DNA of 64,000 nt, from NCBI RefSeq assembly GCF_009834535.1, contig NC_045696.1, positions 48,424,001 to 48,488,000 on the forward strand. Direction: 5' to 3'. A program made the position numbers and the translations under genes. The notes beneath the pieces are model-generated. The model made no database searches and was not told the origin of the DNA. It saw nothing but the letters and a program-made list of their open reading frames with translations. The stretch is from Camelus ferus. Taxonomy: Eukaryota. This document shows, piece after piece, positions 12,530 through 24,537 of the stretch (positions are counted from its first letter, which is position 1; the number at the start of each line of letters is the position of its first letter).

Positions 12530-15226
12530 GCTTAAAAATCTAATTTACAATTTTTCAATATATACAAACATTATTAATTTTATTATAGCAGCTTTATATC
12601 CTATGGCTTTTGTAAATTTCTTGAAATTTTTTAATGTAGATGATTCTATTGTGTACAAATAGGTTTTTATCTTTTTACTCTGATTTTTTAATGTTTTTGG
12701 TGTTTTTTTCCCCTTGCCTTATTACATGGACTAGGACCACCAGAATAATGTGGAATCATTGTTAATGTTGTGTTAAAGACCTTTTGTCTCTAAGTTCAAA
12801 GGAGATATTGGTCTGTAGTTTTTCTTCTTTTTTTTTTTTTTTTTTCTGATTTTGAGTAATGTCTGCCTGCATTTTGTTTCAGGGTAATGCAAACTTAAAA
12901 AATAAGTTGGAAAATGTTTTCCCTTTTCTATTTTCTGGTAATATTAGTGTAGAAATTACATTGTTTCTTCCTTGAATATTTTGCAGAATTCAAAGTAATG
13001 CCTGTGACTGGGTTTTAAACTTTGTCTAAGGTAATTAACTTCAATATCTATCTCTTTAAAAGATATAGGAATATTAATCATAGTATGTATTTCTTTTCTA
13101 ATGAATTTAATCAGTTGGTTCCTTTAACTAATTTGTTTATTTTAATCTATATTATCAAATTTATTGGCATGTTTATTTGTAATATTCCCTTATCATACTT
13201 ATACAGTCTGCCAGATCTCTAGTGATAGCCCCTCTTTCATTTTTATATATAAAATTATTTTATTTAATGGAGGTACTGGGGATTGAACCCAAGACCTCAT
13301 ACATGCTCAGCATGCGCTCTACCACTGAGCTGTACCCAGCCCTGCTCTTTCATTTTTAATATTGGTAATTTGTATTTCTTCCTTTTTTTCTCTTGACCAC
13401 TATGACTAGGAGTTTATTAATTTTATTAATCTTTCTCCAGTGTCATTGATGTTTCTGTCATTTTCTGTTTCAAATGTCATTGGTTTCTGCTCTTATTTTT
13501 GTTTGGTTTTTCTTCTGCTATCTTTGGGTTTTAATTTGCTCTTTTTAAAACAATTTTTTAATTTTGATAGTATAAAATTAGATCACAGGTTTAGGACCTT
13601 TCTTGTTTTCTAGTATAAGCATTTATTGTTATAAATTTCCCAGTAATAACTGCATCTCACAAATTTTCATTGTTCGTATGTTTGGAACTTCAGTATGAAT
13701 CCTTTGTCTCCAAAGTATTTATTTACCATTCAAAGTACTTCCTATTTTTCTTATGATTTTTTTTATTTGACCAAAGGATTATTTTGAGGTGTACTGTTTA
13801 ATTGCTAAATAGTTAGCAATTTTTCATAGATCTTTTGTTACTGATTTCTAATTTAATTCTGTTATGATCAGAGAACATTTTGATTTCAGTCTTTGAATTT
13901 GTTGAGATTTCTTTACAATTCAGAATATATCTGCTATAGTATATGTTCTGTATGCACTTGAAAGAATGTGTATTTACTATTGCTGGATGAGGTACTCTGT
14001 AAATGTCAGGTCAATTATGTTGATAGTGGTTTTCAAATCTTCTTTATTCGTTTTTTAGCTATCTGTTCTATCAGTTCTTGAGAGAGGAATGTTGAAGACT
14101 CTAACAATAAATGTGAATGAGTCTATTTTTCTTTTCAGTTGCATTAGTTTTTCTCTTCATGTATTAAATTCCTGTCATTAGCTGCACATTTAGGATTGTT
14201 GTAACTTCCTAATTGCTGTGTGTGTGTGTATATATCTATACCTATATATCTACATTTTCTTTACCTCTTGTGTTAAATCTTGTTCTGAAGTCTACTTTGT
14301 CACATATTAACATAGCTTCTGATATCTTTTGATCAGTATTTGCCTTGTATATAATTTTCTAGCATTTTACTTCTTAACCTATGTCTTTACATTTAAAGTA
14401 TATTTCTTTTGCATAGTATATGGTTTAAGTTTTTATTTGTTATATAGACTGGCAATCCCTGACTTAACTGATTATTTAGAACATTTCATGCAATTTTGAT
14501 ATAGTTGGGTTTAAAGTTACCATCTTTCTTTTTATTTTCGAATTGGAGAATCTGTTCTTTGCTCTTTTTATTTTTTTCTGATTTCTTTTAAATTATTTGA
14601 ATTTTATTATCATTTGATATCAATTATTGGCTTATTAGTTTTAGATATTTTAATTTTTATTGGTTTCTAGGATGTATAATACACATCTTTAATTTGTCAT
14701 TGTCTACCTCCCAATCATATAATGTCAGTTCATGTATGTAGTGTGACTATGTTAAACCTTACCTTATATTTTAAATTGTTACTGTTATACACTTTAATTC
14801 TACATATATTATAAACTTCACAGTATAATGTTTCTATGCTTACCTTAGAAAGACAATTACCTTATGAAGAGTTTAAATTTTTAAAAAATTACATTTTACG
14901 TTTGCCCACATTTTTACTATTTCCATGTTCTTCATCATGTACAATTTTGTATTGTGTGTATGAGTGTGTGTGTGCTTGTGGTTTTGCATGCATACATGGT
15001 ATCTAAGTTTCTGTCTGGCATCATATTCCTTCTATTTGAAGAACTTCTTTAAGTATTTATAGTCTTCTGGCAGGGAGTCCTGTCAGTTTTTTGGCTGGAA
15101 AATGGTTTTTATTTTAACTTCATTTTGAAGACTTACCTCCTTTTGCTTTCAGTATCATAAAGATGTAATTGTTTATGTTCTGGCTTGCATAGTTTTGATT
15201 AGAAGTATGCCGTAATTCTTATCTTT
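12530..15226 (-). mobile_element. Old L1 (L1M-type) ORF1/ORF2 region, degenerate
   Basis: T-rich antisense L1 texture (gatattggtctgtagttttt; tgcacttgaaagaatgtgtatt; ttctgaagtctactttgtc). Confidence 0.8.
13246..13344 (-). mobile_element. tRNA-Ala-derived SINE (camelid vic-1 type)
   Basis: Minus strand reads agctcagtggtagagcgcatgctgagcatgtatgaggtcttgggttcaatccccagtacctcca (pol III A/B boxes) then an A/T tail; exact 14-bp TSD ctctttcattttta at 13232-13245 and 13345-13358. Confidence 0.9.
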
Positions 15227-15237
15227 GTGCCTTTATA

Positions 15238-15890
15238 TATGTGGAAATTCCTCAAAAGACTAAAAATAGACTTATCATATGATCCGGCAATCCCACTCCT
15301 GGACATATATCCAAAGGGAACCTTAATTCAAAAAGATACATGCACCCCAGTGTTCATAGAAGCACTATTTACAATAGCCAAGACATGGAAGCAACCTAAT
15401 GTCCATCGGCAGATGACTGGATAAAGAAGTTGTGGTATATTTATACAATGGAATACTCCTCAGCCATAAAAATAATAATGCCATTTGCAGCAACATGGTT
15501 GGACCTGAAGACTGTCATTCTAAGTGAAGTAAGCCAGAAAGAGAAAGAAAAATACCATATGATACCTCTTATACTGGAATCTAAAAAATAAAGACAAGCG
15601 AACTTACTTACAAAACGGAAACAGACTCACAGACATAGAAAACAAACTTACGGTTACCAGGGGGCAAGGGGATGGGAAGGGATAAATTGGGAGTTAAAGG
15701 TTTGCAGATACTAACTACTATATAAAAAATAGATAAACAACAAGATCATACTGTATAAAACCAGGAACTATATTCAATATCTTGTAAATAACTTACAGTG
15801 AAAAAGAATATGAAAATGAATGTGTATATTCATGTATGACTGAAGCATTATGCTGTACACCAGAAATTAACACAACATTGTAAACTGACT

Positions 15891-15933
<43 letters not shown>

Positions 15934-15952
15934 AAAACAAAACAAAACAAAA
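15238..15952 (+). mobile_element. 5'-truncated L1 (ORF2 end, 3'UTR, tail)
   Basis: WKFLKRLKIDLSYDPAIPLLDIYP...CTPVFIEALFTIAKTWKQP; ends in (TA)n and (CAAAA)n. Confidence 0.92.
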
Positions 15953-16199
15953 TGTAATTGTTCTTATCCATTTTAATGACTGCTATTGTTTCGTCTTGTG
16001 TTCATAGAGTTCATTGGTCTTATCTCTCCCTAGAGAGATTTGTAATTTTTAGAATTCAGTTTTCTCTCAACTTGAGGCATTCTCTTGGCTCAAATGCAGA
16101 AGTAATATTTTGTAAATTATTTGACTCCTTACTGCTAGGTGGGAACACTGTTCTGTTGTAACGTTCTACATCCTAAGGAAAAACCAGACTCTTACTTTT

Positions 16200-16900
16200 T
16201 CAATCTTGATGGTTTTCTTTGCAGCTTTTTCTCCTTTTTACTTTGCTCTATATTTTGTTTGTTGTCTTTGGCTTCTTTTTCTTTCATTCGTGATCTTTTC
16301 TTGCCATAGATTTCTCTATGTTTTTTATATTTTCAAGGAACTGGCTTTTGGTGTTGTTAATACTGATTTTATTAGTTTTCTCTATCTCATTGACTTATGC
16401 CTTCATCTATATTATTTATTTTCTTATTTTTTGCTTATATTTATTAGAATGCTGCCCTCCTAGGTTTCAATTTTGCTTTTTCTCTAGTAAATGTATTTTA
16501 GTAAAGTTCTCTCAAAGGACTGCTTCAGCTGTTTACCATAAATTTTTGACATGCAGTGTTTGCACTATTTTCAGCTTCATTTCTAAATATGTTTTTTGTC
16601 CATGTGAATTCCTCTTTGACTTAAGAATGATGGGCTTATGGTACTTATTTTAACTATTTAAATATTTCTAAATTCTCATTTTATGGTATTTTGTTAAAAA
16701 TCCCGTATGCTCTTGAATGTGGGAATATATTAACTCATATTTTGTCTGTATGGTCCAAGATATGGTCAATTTTTATAAACAGTCCATATATTCCCAAAAG
16801 AAAATATAATCTCTCTCCACAGTTTTATAAATTGATGTCACTTACTATGTTATTTAAAACTCATCTAATTATGTTAGGTGAATAAAGTTTTATGACCTAT
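16200..16900 (-). mobile_element. Old L1 fragment
   Basis: ttttcaaggaactggcttttgg; ggactgcttcagctg; antisense ORF2 endonuclease-region texture. Confidence 0.6.
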
Positions 16901-17344
16901 ATTTTATTGATAACAAATACTGAGCTCAGAAATTTTGGGACATTTATAGAATTTTATTGACTGTATATATATATATATATATATAAAAGCCCAAATAAAA
17001 CCAAGTCATTCTATTCACTTGTAATTAAAAATTGTTTCTGCTGTATTATTTGAAACCAGAGTAGTACACAAGATATAGCACTAAAATATTCTAGAACTTT
17101 AAAAGATGAATATCACACCTCAGTCAAATTTAACCTAAATAAACATTAGTCACTTTTACAAACTTTTCTTGGTAGGTGTTACAGTTGCTTAATTTCAGGG
17201 CTTTAATGGAGGGGACTCAAGCATTATAAAGTAATTAGTTTTATATGACCTCTAAGGGACTTTTGTGTTCTGAGACACTATGATTGTAAGAACAGGATAT
17301 TTTAATTATAGCTGGTTTTTTTTCTTTTTCTAATTAAAATGATT

Positions 17345-18004
17345 GGGAAACCAGTACCTAGAGTTGCTACAATATATTGTCTAAAATGTCCAGTTTCCAT
17401 TGAAAATGTATGGGACATGCAGAGACCCAGAAATGTATAACTTACCCATTGGAAAAAGGGCAGGCAACAGAAACTGCCTGTGAGAGCAACCAGATGTTGG
17501 GGTTAACTAAAACAGGCTTCAAAGTAGCCATTATAAAGATGTCCAATAACTAGAGGAAAACATGATTCAATAATTAAAGAAGATGTGACAACAATGTGAA
17601 GTCAGATACAGAATATCAGTAAGATATGGAATAAGCAACCAAATGGAAATTTTGGGGTTGAAAGTATAATAATTGAAATAGATTCACTGGAGGCACTTAA
17701 CATTAGATTTGAACTGGTGGAAGAAGGAATTAGTGAAACTAGAGACAGACTGAGAAACTATGCCCTCCAAAGAGCAGAGAGAGGAAGGAATGAAGGAAAA
17801 TGACAGCATCTCAGAGAAATATGGGGCACTAGTAAGGACAACATACGGATAATGGAAAGGCAGAAGGAACACCAAGAGGGCAAGAAGCAGAAAAATATCA
17901 AAAGATAAAATGGCTGAACACACTCCACATTTACTGAAAAGCAATAACCTGCATGTCCAGGAAGCTCCGTGAACTCCAAGTAAGGTAAATGCAAAGAGAT
18001 ACTC
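17345..18004 (+). mobile_element. Old L1 (L1MC/MD-like) 5'/ORF1 region, interrupted by an ERV
   Basis: cttcaaagtagccattataaa; cattagatttgaactggtggaagaaggaattagtgaactagag-like; caggaagctccgtgaactccaagtaagg; resumes at 21024. Confidence 0.8.
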
Positions 18005-18464
18005 AGGTTATAAACAAAAAAGCTCAGTGTTACTCATCAACCAATTATATAAGGGTTAAGTTGCAGCCCACTGACCGTGTACCCTGAGGGAAATTGAGGA
18101 TGAAAAAACAAGATGAGGCACTCATAAGGCCCCTAGGTAGTGAGATGCATATCTCAGGAAAAATTTTAATAATCCCAGATTCTTACATCTTCTCATATAT
18201 AGAAAAGCACTGGTCATTAACTTGAGATATCTGTTCTTTGTGACTAGCAGTAATAGTAATCTTTTCCCAAGGTGTATGCTTGACTCTATATTTTCCTAGA
18301 CAAAAAAAAAAAAAAGTCACATATATTACTGGCTTCTCTCCTACCTCTGTGCAGCAGTTTTCTGAGAGCTTCTGAGTGGTTGTCTTCTAGGGCATAGTCT
18401 CAGTAAGACTCTGAATAAAACTTAAACTCACAACTCTCATGTTGTGTATTTTCTTTGACAGTTT

Positions 18465-18482
18465 TGGCAACCATGAAGGGAC
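18465..18482 (+). promoter_or_regulatory. Retroviral primer-binding site (probably tRNA-Arg type)
   Basis: TGGCAACCATGAAGGGAC 4 nt after the LTR-terminal CA; resembles the ERV9-type PBS as I recall it. Confidence 0.7.
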
Positions 18483-20734
18483 CCAGAGCAGACTTGTCTG
18501 AACTCTACAATAATCCAGGGTCTTGGTGTCAGCAAGGTTCCCTTGTGCTCATCCACCTCCTCAGCAAGTCCGGACTACTCAGTAAGTGTCTTCTGACCTC
18601 AGATCTTCCATCTTAGTTGACAATCTTGACTTGTATTTGGTGATTAGTAAACTCCTCACTTTGAGAAGTAGGTTTCCATGAACTTAAGGCAGTTAGGAAG
18701 CGGTACTTGAGTTATCAGTTGAAAGACATTGAGAGGGCTCAGTTGAAAGACACTGGGAAGCTTTGGACTGGATGATTAGGTAAGGGGCTGACCTAGTGTC
18801 TTTCTTTGAATTGGCTACTTTAACAGAGTTTGTCAGAATAAAAGTGAAGGTGCCATATCAGAGTTTTTAGTTACGAAGGTAAGAGACACTCCTACCCCAG
18901 CCTGTTACAGCTTTCTTGGGCAACTGATAAATTTCCAGGAGTGTTAGAGCCAAGTCCTCATACCATACAGCACTCCCAAAAGGAAACGTCATTAATTTAA
19001 AAAATCACTCTTCTGGGGATTTTTTACACATAAGGATTGACCATCCAATGCTCTGAGTGCTAGCAAGGTTTTAGGCTGCCAGAGGGAGGAACTGAGACAG
19101 GTAGAGGAGCTGAAGTGACTCAAGGTAACACGTAGAGGAGTTAAGCTTCCTCTGCCTGGTATTATAAACCAGCATATAAATGCCCCTCAGGCAATGTTAA
19201 TTAAACATGCTAATGGGAACCAGTAAGGTTACCTGAGTCCACACTGCATGAGATGAAAACTGAGGACTAATATTCAGAGGGTAGTAGAAACAATAAAGGA
19301 GACTTCTACCTGTAGCATAAATTGGTCTGGGGTTGGGAAAAGGGCCTTTTGCTGAATGCCTTGTGCAAACTTTTGGAAGGCATGATGCATCAAACCCCGA
19401 AGTCCTAGAACATAGAAATCTTTTCACAGATAAAAATAAACAAATGTTTAAAATGTAATTGGGCAGATCAGTCCTTTGATACCATTTAGGCAGCAGCCCA
19501 GTTTTGTGGGGAATTAAAAGCAATTGTCTTTGTCTTGCAAATCTATGCAAATCATAAATGTAAATACAGCCCATTATAACCTGGTCCTGAGACTAGTTAA
19601 CTCAAACAGGTGGAACCTGTGAAACCAAAGAAAAAAAGGAAAAGAGGCCCTTTTAAAAGTACAAACTGCTGGAATGTCTCCCTCACCCAAAATCTAATTC
19701 ACAAAGAGCTCTGTTTAATTAGCTTAAAAGTAAGCAATTATGAATTAAATATATCTAAATTTAATAAAAATTAACCCAAATGTTTTTTCAAGTTCACAAT
19801 ATGTAAGATTAATCTTTAGTAAATAAAAGCAAATTTGAAGTTATTTAAGTAGGCATGTCTTTAGTCTTATTAACATTAAATATAAATCTTCTATTCTACC
19901 TGGATTTACTAGTCAAATAAGTTCATGTTATCTCTGTTACAAAATTTGTCCACAAGAAAAATCGCTTGGGATGATGTTTGACTCTCTCTAATGTTTCATG
20001 AAGTTTCCGTGGGCAATCTAAATATAATTCTGGGAACAAGTTAAATAAATGTAAATGGGATGAGAGTTTTTAGTGAACTCTTTAAGAGTAATTATGTTTT
20101 TTGGTATACTTACTTTAAAGTATTTTCTCCAAACATTTTTGACAACTTGAAACTTGAGTTTTACTAAATTAAGTTAAATGATGGGAATTTATTGAATATG
20201 TAGGTCATTCCCAAATAAAATGAGATACTGAAACATTCATTTTGCCTTGAGAGAATGATCTAAGAAAATATTGCTGCAATTTATGTCAAAGAATGTTTCA
20301 GCTATGTTCTTTTTGAGGCATAAAATGCCTCCAAAGCCTTGAATTTATGGCCAAAACAGGGGAGACTGTGAACAAGAAAGAACAGTGCTACCCATCAACC
20401 AGCTACACAGTGGGTAAGTTGCAGCCCACTGCAGTTGCTCACCAGGAGTGCACCCCGTGGGGAATTCAGGATGAAAAGCAGGATAAGGCACTCTGTGCTT
20501 TGGGTAAAGGTCCCCTAGACAGTTAGACGCATATCTCAGGAAGAATTTCAACAATCCCATTTCTTACATTTTCCCATATATAGAAGAGCACTAAAATCAT
20601 TAACTTGAGATATCTATTCTTTGTGATTAGCAGTCATCTTTTATCAAGACAGGTGTTTGACTACATGCATTTCCTAGCCAAAAAAAAAAAAAAAATCATA
20701 TGTATGATATTTTTGACTAGGAAATGCATGTAGT

Positions 20735-20767
20735 ATAGGTATATGTATATATGTATATATATGTATA

Positions 20768-20852
<85 letters not shown>
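20735..20852. repeat. (TA)/(TG) compound microsatellite inside the 3'LTR
   Basis: Directly visible; absent from the 5'LTR. Confidence 0.97.
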
Positions 20853-20856
<4 letters not shown>

Positions 20857-21023
20857 ATAAAGGTAAAGTTAAAAGTATATATATACTGGCTTCTCTCCTA
20901 CCTCTGTGAAGTAGTTTACTCAGAGCTACTGACTGGCTGTCTCCCAGACCATAGTCCTCAGTGAGGCTCTGAGTAAAACTTAGCTTCACAACTCTCATGT
21001 TGTCATTTTTCTTTATGTTGAAA

Positions 21024-21624
21024 AGACTTAAGAGTAAAAATGCTGAAATTGAGACATAAGGAGAAATTCTTTTTTTTATAAAATGCCCAGGAAAGGCAAG
21101 ACAGAAAATAGGTTAGTGTTTTCTTAGGGTTGGTAAAGGAGAAGCAGAGATAGGGAGGGGGATAGCTAAAGGGCACAGGGTTTCTTTTTTGAGGTAATGA
21201 AAATGTTCTAAATCCCAGTGATGTTTCTTCATATCTGTGAATATATAAAATAATAGTGTACACTTGAAATGGGCACATTTTACAAATTATATCTAAGCAA
21301 ACTTTTTAAAAGTACTTACATTTATTCAAAGACCTATATGTAAATGTTTATATAAACTTTGTAATTTACAATCTTGAAAAACTGGAAACAACCAAGACGT
21401 CCTGTAACAGGTGAAAGGATAAATAGTCTATGTTTCATCCATAAAATGGAATTGTGTGCAGCAATCAAAAAGGAAGAGCTATCAATTCACTTAATAACAT
21501 GGACAAATCTTACCGGTATTTTGCTTAGTGAAGGAAGCCAAACCCCAAAAACTACATTTTGTACAAAATTCTATTACATGGCATTCTTTCAAAGGAAAAA
21601 TTATAGGGATGTAAAACAAATTGG
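21024..21624 (+). mobile_element. Old L1 fragments (ORF1 continuation, then 3' ends)
   Basis: aaaaatgctgaaa...ggagaaattctt; KNWKQPRRP...ITWTNLTGILLSEGSQ; the host 3'UTR resumes at ~23365-23520. Confidence 0.75.
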
Positions 21625-23350
21625 TGAAAAGTACATCAGGGATGTTGATCAAGACAGCAGCACAGAAGGCTTCTGAGCTCCCTTCCTTGCACAGACACAA
21701 AGAAGGTGCAGCTACACATGGAGCAGTTCCCTCTGAAAGAGATCCACAAACTGGCTGAGATAACTCCTCCTTATCAGACGAATGAGAAAATACCCACATC
21801 TAATTGGGTAGGAAAGTCTGAGACACACTGTCACCGTAAACTCTGACCTGCACCATGCTACCAGTGCTACACAGTCTGGAGGGAACCTCCCACAACCAGC
21901 TTCTCCCTAAATAGCAAAGGGTGTGGGCCTCATATCTAGCCCCAGCTTTTAAGACTCCTGCTGGAGGGAGGGGCTCCCCAAACACCTAGCTTTGAAAGCC
22001 AACAGGACTTGTGTCCACAAGCCCCACAAGACTATAGCAAACAAAGAAGCAGCCCTTAAGGAGTGATGAGCAGTACACCCCAGAGCAATCCTCCCAGGGA
22101 TCAGTGCAGAGTCAACAGGTGGAACTGCCCATCTGCTAGTCTTTCCCTGAGTTTATCTGCATACTTTAAACACTGCTGCTTGAGGACTAGGCTTCTAATT
22201 TAGCATGCACAAGGGGTTGGTTGTAATTCTCCCTAGACACCAGTGATACTGGTGGACGCCTCTCCCTCAAACCCACTCCAAGTCACCAGTAGCTTCCTGG
22301 AAGGAGCTTGTATACACATCTGTGCTCCAGCTTTATGACTGCCACACAAATGATGGATATCTGTCTGGATCTTCTGGCTCTGATAGCCAAAGAGACTTCC
22401 ACTTTTGAGTCCCATAGGACTATAGCCGACAAAGAAGCAATTTTAAAATGGTTATCCTCATAAAGCTCAGTGTAGAGGGAACAAACAAAATTGCTAATCT
22501 CCCAATCCCAGGATGGCTATCATCAAAAAGACAGGAGACAGCAAATGCTGGTGAAGATGTGGAGAAAAGGGAACACTTGTGCACTGTTGGTAGGAATGTA
22601 TATTGGTATAGCTGCTATGAAAAACAGTATCCAGGGTCCTCAAAAAATTACAGATAGAACTACCATATTATCCAGGAATCTCACTTCTGGATAAAAGGCC
22701 AGAGGGAATGGGAAGAGATATCTGTACTCCGATGTTCATAGCAGCTTTATTCACAAGAACTAAGCTATGGAAGTATGGAAACAGCTTTAGTGTCCTTTGT
22801 TGAATGAACGGATAAATAAAATGTGAGATATCTATATATATAGATTTAGAGATAGATAGATAGGTAAGACAGACAGACAGACAGACAGAGGAACATTATT
22901 CAGGCTTTAAAAAGAAGGAAATGCTACAGTTTTCAACAATGTGGATGAACCTGGAAGGCGTTATGTTAAGTGAAATAAGCTAGAGAGAGAAAGACAAATC
23001 TGCATGGTATTGTTTGTTTATATGTGGGGAAAAAAAAATGGTTAACTGATGAAAACAGTAGAATGTTGCCAGGGGCAGGGGATGGGAAAATAGGGAGAAG
23101 TTGGTAAAAGGGTACAAACTTTCAGTTATAAGATAAATAAGTTCTGAGGATAGTTGATAACACTTATTGTATAATTGAATTTTGCTAAGAGAATAGAATT
23201 TAAATGTTCTCACCCCCTTAAAAATTAAGGGAAAAAGTAAGGTGATGGATACGTTAATTAACTTTCACAGTCTATCAATATATTAATCATCACATTGTAT
23301 ACTTTATTATACAATTTGTCTATCATACCTCAGTAAACCTGGAAGGAAAA
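21625..23350 (+). mobile_element. L1 with 5'UTR joined directly to ORF2 C-terminus/3'UTR
   Basis: 5'UTR-like sequence to ~22507, then caggatggctatcatcaaaaag (ORF2 end) and 3'UTR; degenerate TSD taaaacaaattggt 21611-21624 / taaaacaatttgat 23351-23364. Confidence 0.75.
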
Positions 23351-23522
23351 TAAAACAATTTGATATTGCCAGGTTGGGGGAAAGAGTAATAGTTGATTAC
23401 AAAGTGAGTACATGAGGGAGTTTCTGGGATGGGGAACTGTTCTTTATGATACTGGATTGGTGGACGTATGCCTGTATGAATTTGTCAACGTTTTATTGTA
23501 AAGTTATCTGTATGCACATTAA

Positions 23523-23568
23523 AGATAGATGATAGATAATTAGATAAATAGATAGATGGATAGATAGA

Positions 23569-23616
<48 letters not shown>

Positions 23617-23633
23617 TAGACAGACAGACAGAC
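23523..23633. repeat. (GATA)n(GACA)n tetranucleotide repeat
   Basis: Directly visible. Confidence 0.97.
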
Positions 23634-23679
23634 ATTCAACATATGTTAGTGTGTTGGGAAGTTCCTGGATACCTTGCAG

Positions 23680-23878
23680 GACATATAGTCTTGTCCAAAA
23701 TATCCATGGAGCATGGAAACATTTGGTCTATGCCAAAAGTCCCTTGATATTTGGTTCTGTCCAAAACCATTTGGCATGGACCAAATATACTCATGGGCAT
23801 TTCAGATAGGACCAAATTTCAAGGATTTCTGAGAGTGGACCAAATGTCTTATGAACCTTTTGGACAGGACTAAATATC
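23680..23878. repeat. Imperfect palindrome built from ~30-bp units (GGACCAAAT motif)
   Basis: GGACC/TAAAT at 23778, 23809, 23837, 23867; degenerate reverse copies at 23683, 23721, 23749; the outer 21-mers are near-complementary. Confidence 0.8.
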
Positions 23879-24537
23879 TCCAAATCCTGGATGAAGTGCA
23901 GATTGTGGCATCTGAATCTAACTTCCCTGAAGGGGATAAGAAAAAAATTAGCTGACTGATTTTCAAAAACTGTTTGGACAGGAGAATGTAAAGCTTAGAA
24001 CAAAGAGAATTTTGTATAAACACTGTTACAGTAATTGGTAACTTTTTTCTCATAGGCATTACCTGTTAGCAGTTCTGAAATTTTCATGTAACTGGGATGA
24101 ATAAATAATAAATTGAACAATACTGAGTAATAAATTGTGGATAATGGGACCCACATTTCTCACTGTCAGAACTTTTATATGAGATAAATATATGCAAAAT
24201 TCATTGTCAAGTTTAATTACTGAGGGAGAAATGGGTTAACAGACTAAGAATTTTTACATTGTCTTGACACATTAATATTTTGAGGAAAAGATCAAGAAGT
24301 GAAATGATAATACTTGCTACTCTAAAGTATAAAGTTTTTTCAAAAATCAGAGCTAAAATCTGGAAATAAGTTTTTAAAACAGAAGTGAAAAAGAAGAGTA
24401 TCTTCAACTTAATAACTGTTTATTATTTACTACACATTTCCAAATAGTGCTACCATGATATGAAATTATTCTGCACTCATCAGTAATGATTAAAATACTC
24501 TGAAGGAGAAAAAGTTGTATGTTATTGAACAAGGTTA

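Larger units (their letters stand above)
18009..21023 (+). mobile_element. Internally deleted or non-autonomous ERV1-type provirus with two LTRs
   Basis: 5'LTR 18009-18460 and 3'LTR 20367-21023 are homologous (taagttgcagcccactg, tactggcttctctcctacctctgtg, cacaactctcatgttgt). PBS at 18465-18482, PPT at 20353-20365, AT-rich non-coding interior. Confidence 0.88.

Noticed and set aside
13268..13342. Functional tRNA-Ala gene
   Set aside because: The acceptor stem and anticodon region are degenerate, and it has an A/T tail and 14-bp TSD, so it is a SINE
23680..23878. CRISPR-like repeat-spacer array
   Set aside because: Mammalian DNA, a 9-bp degenerate motif that reverses orientation mid-array, and no cas genes
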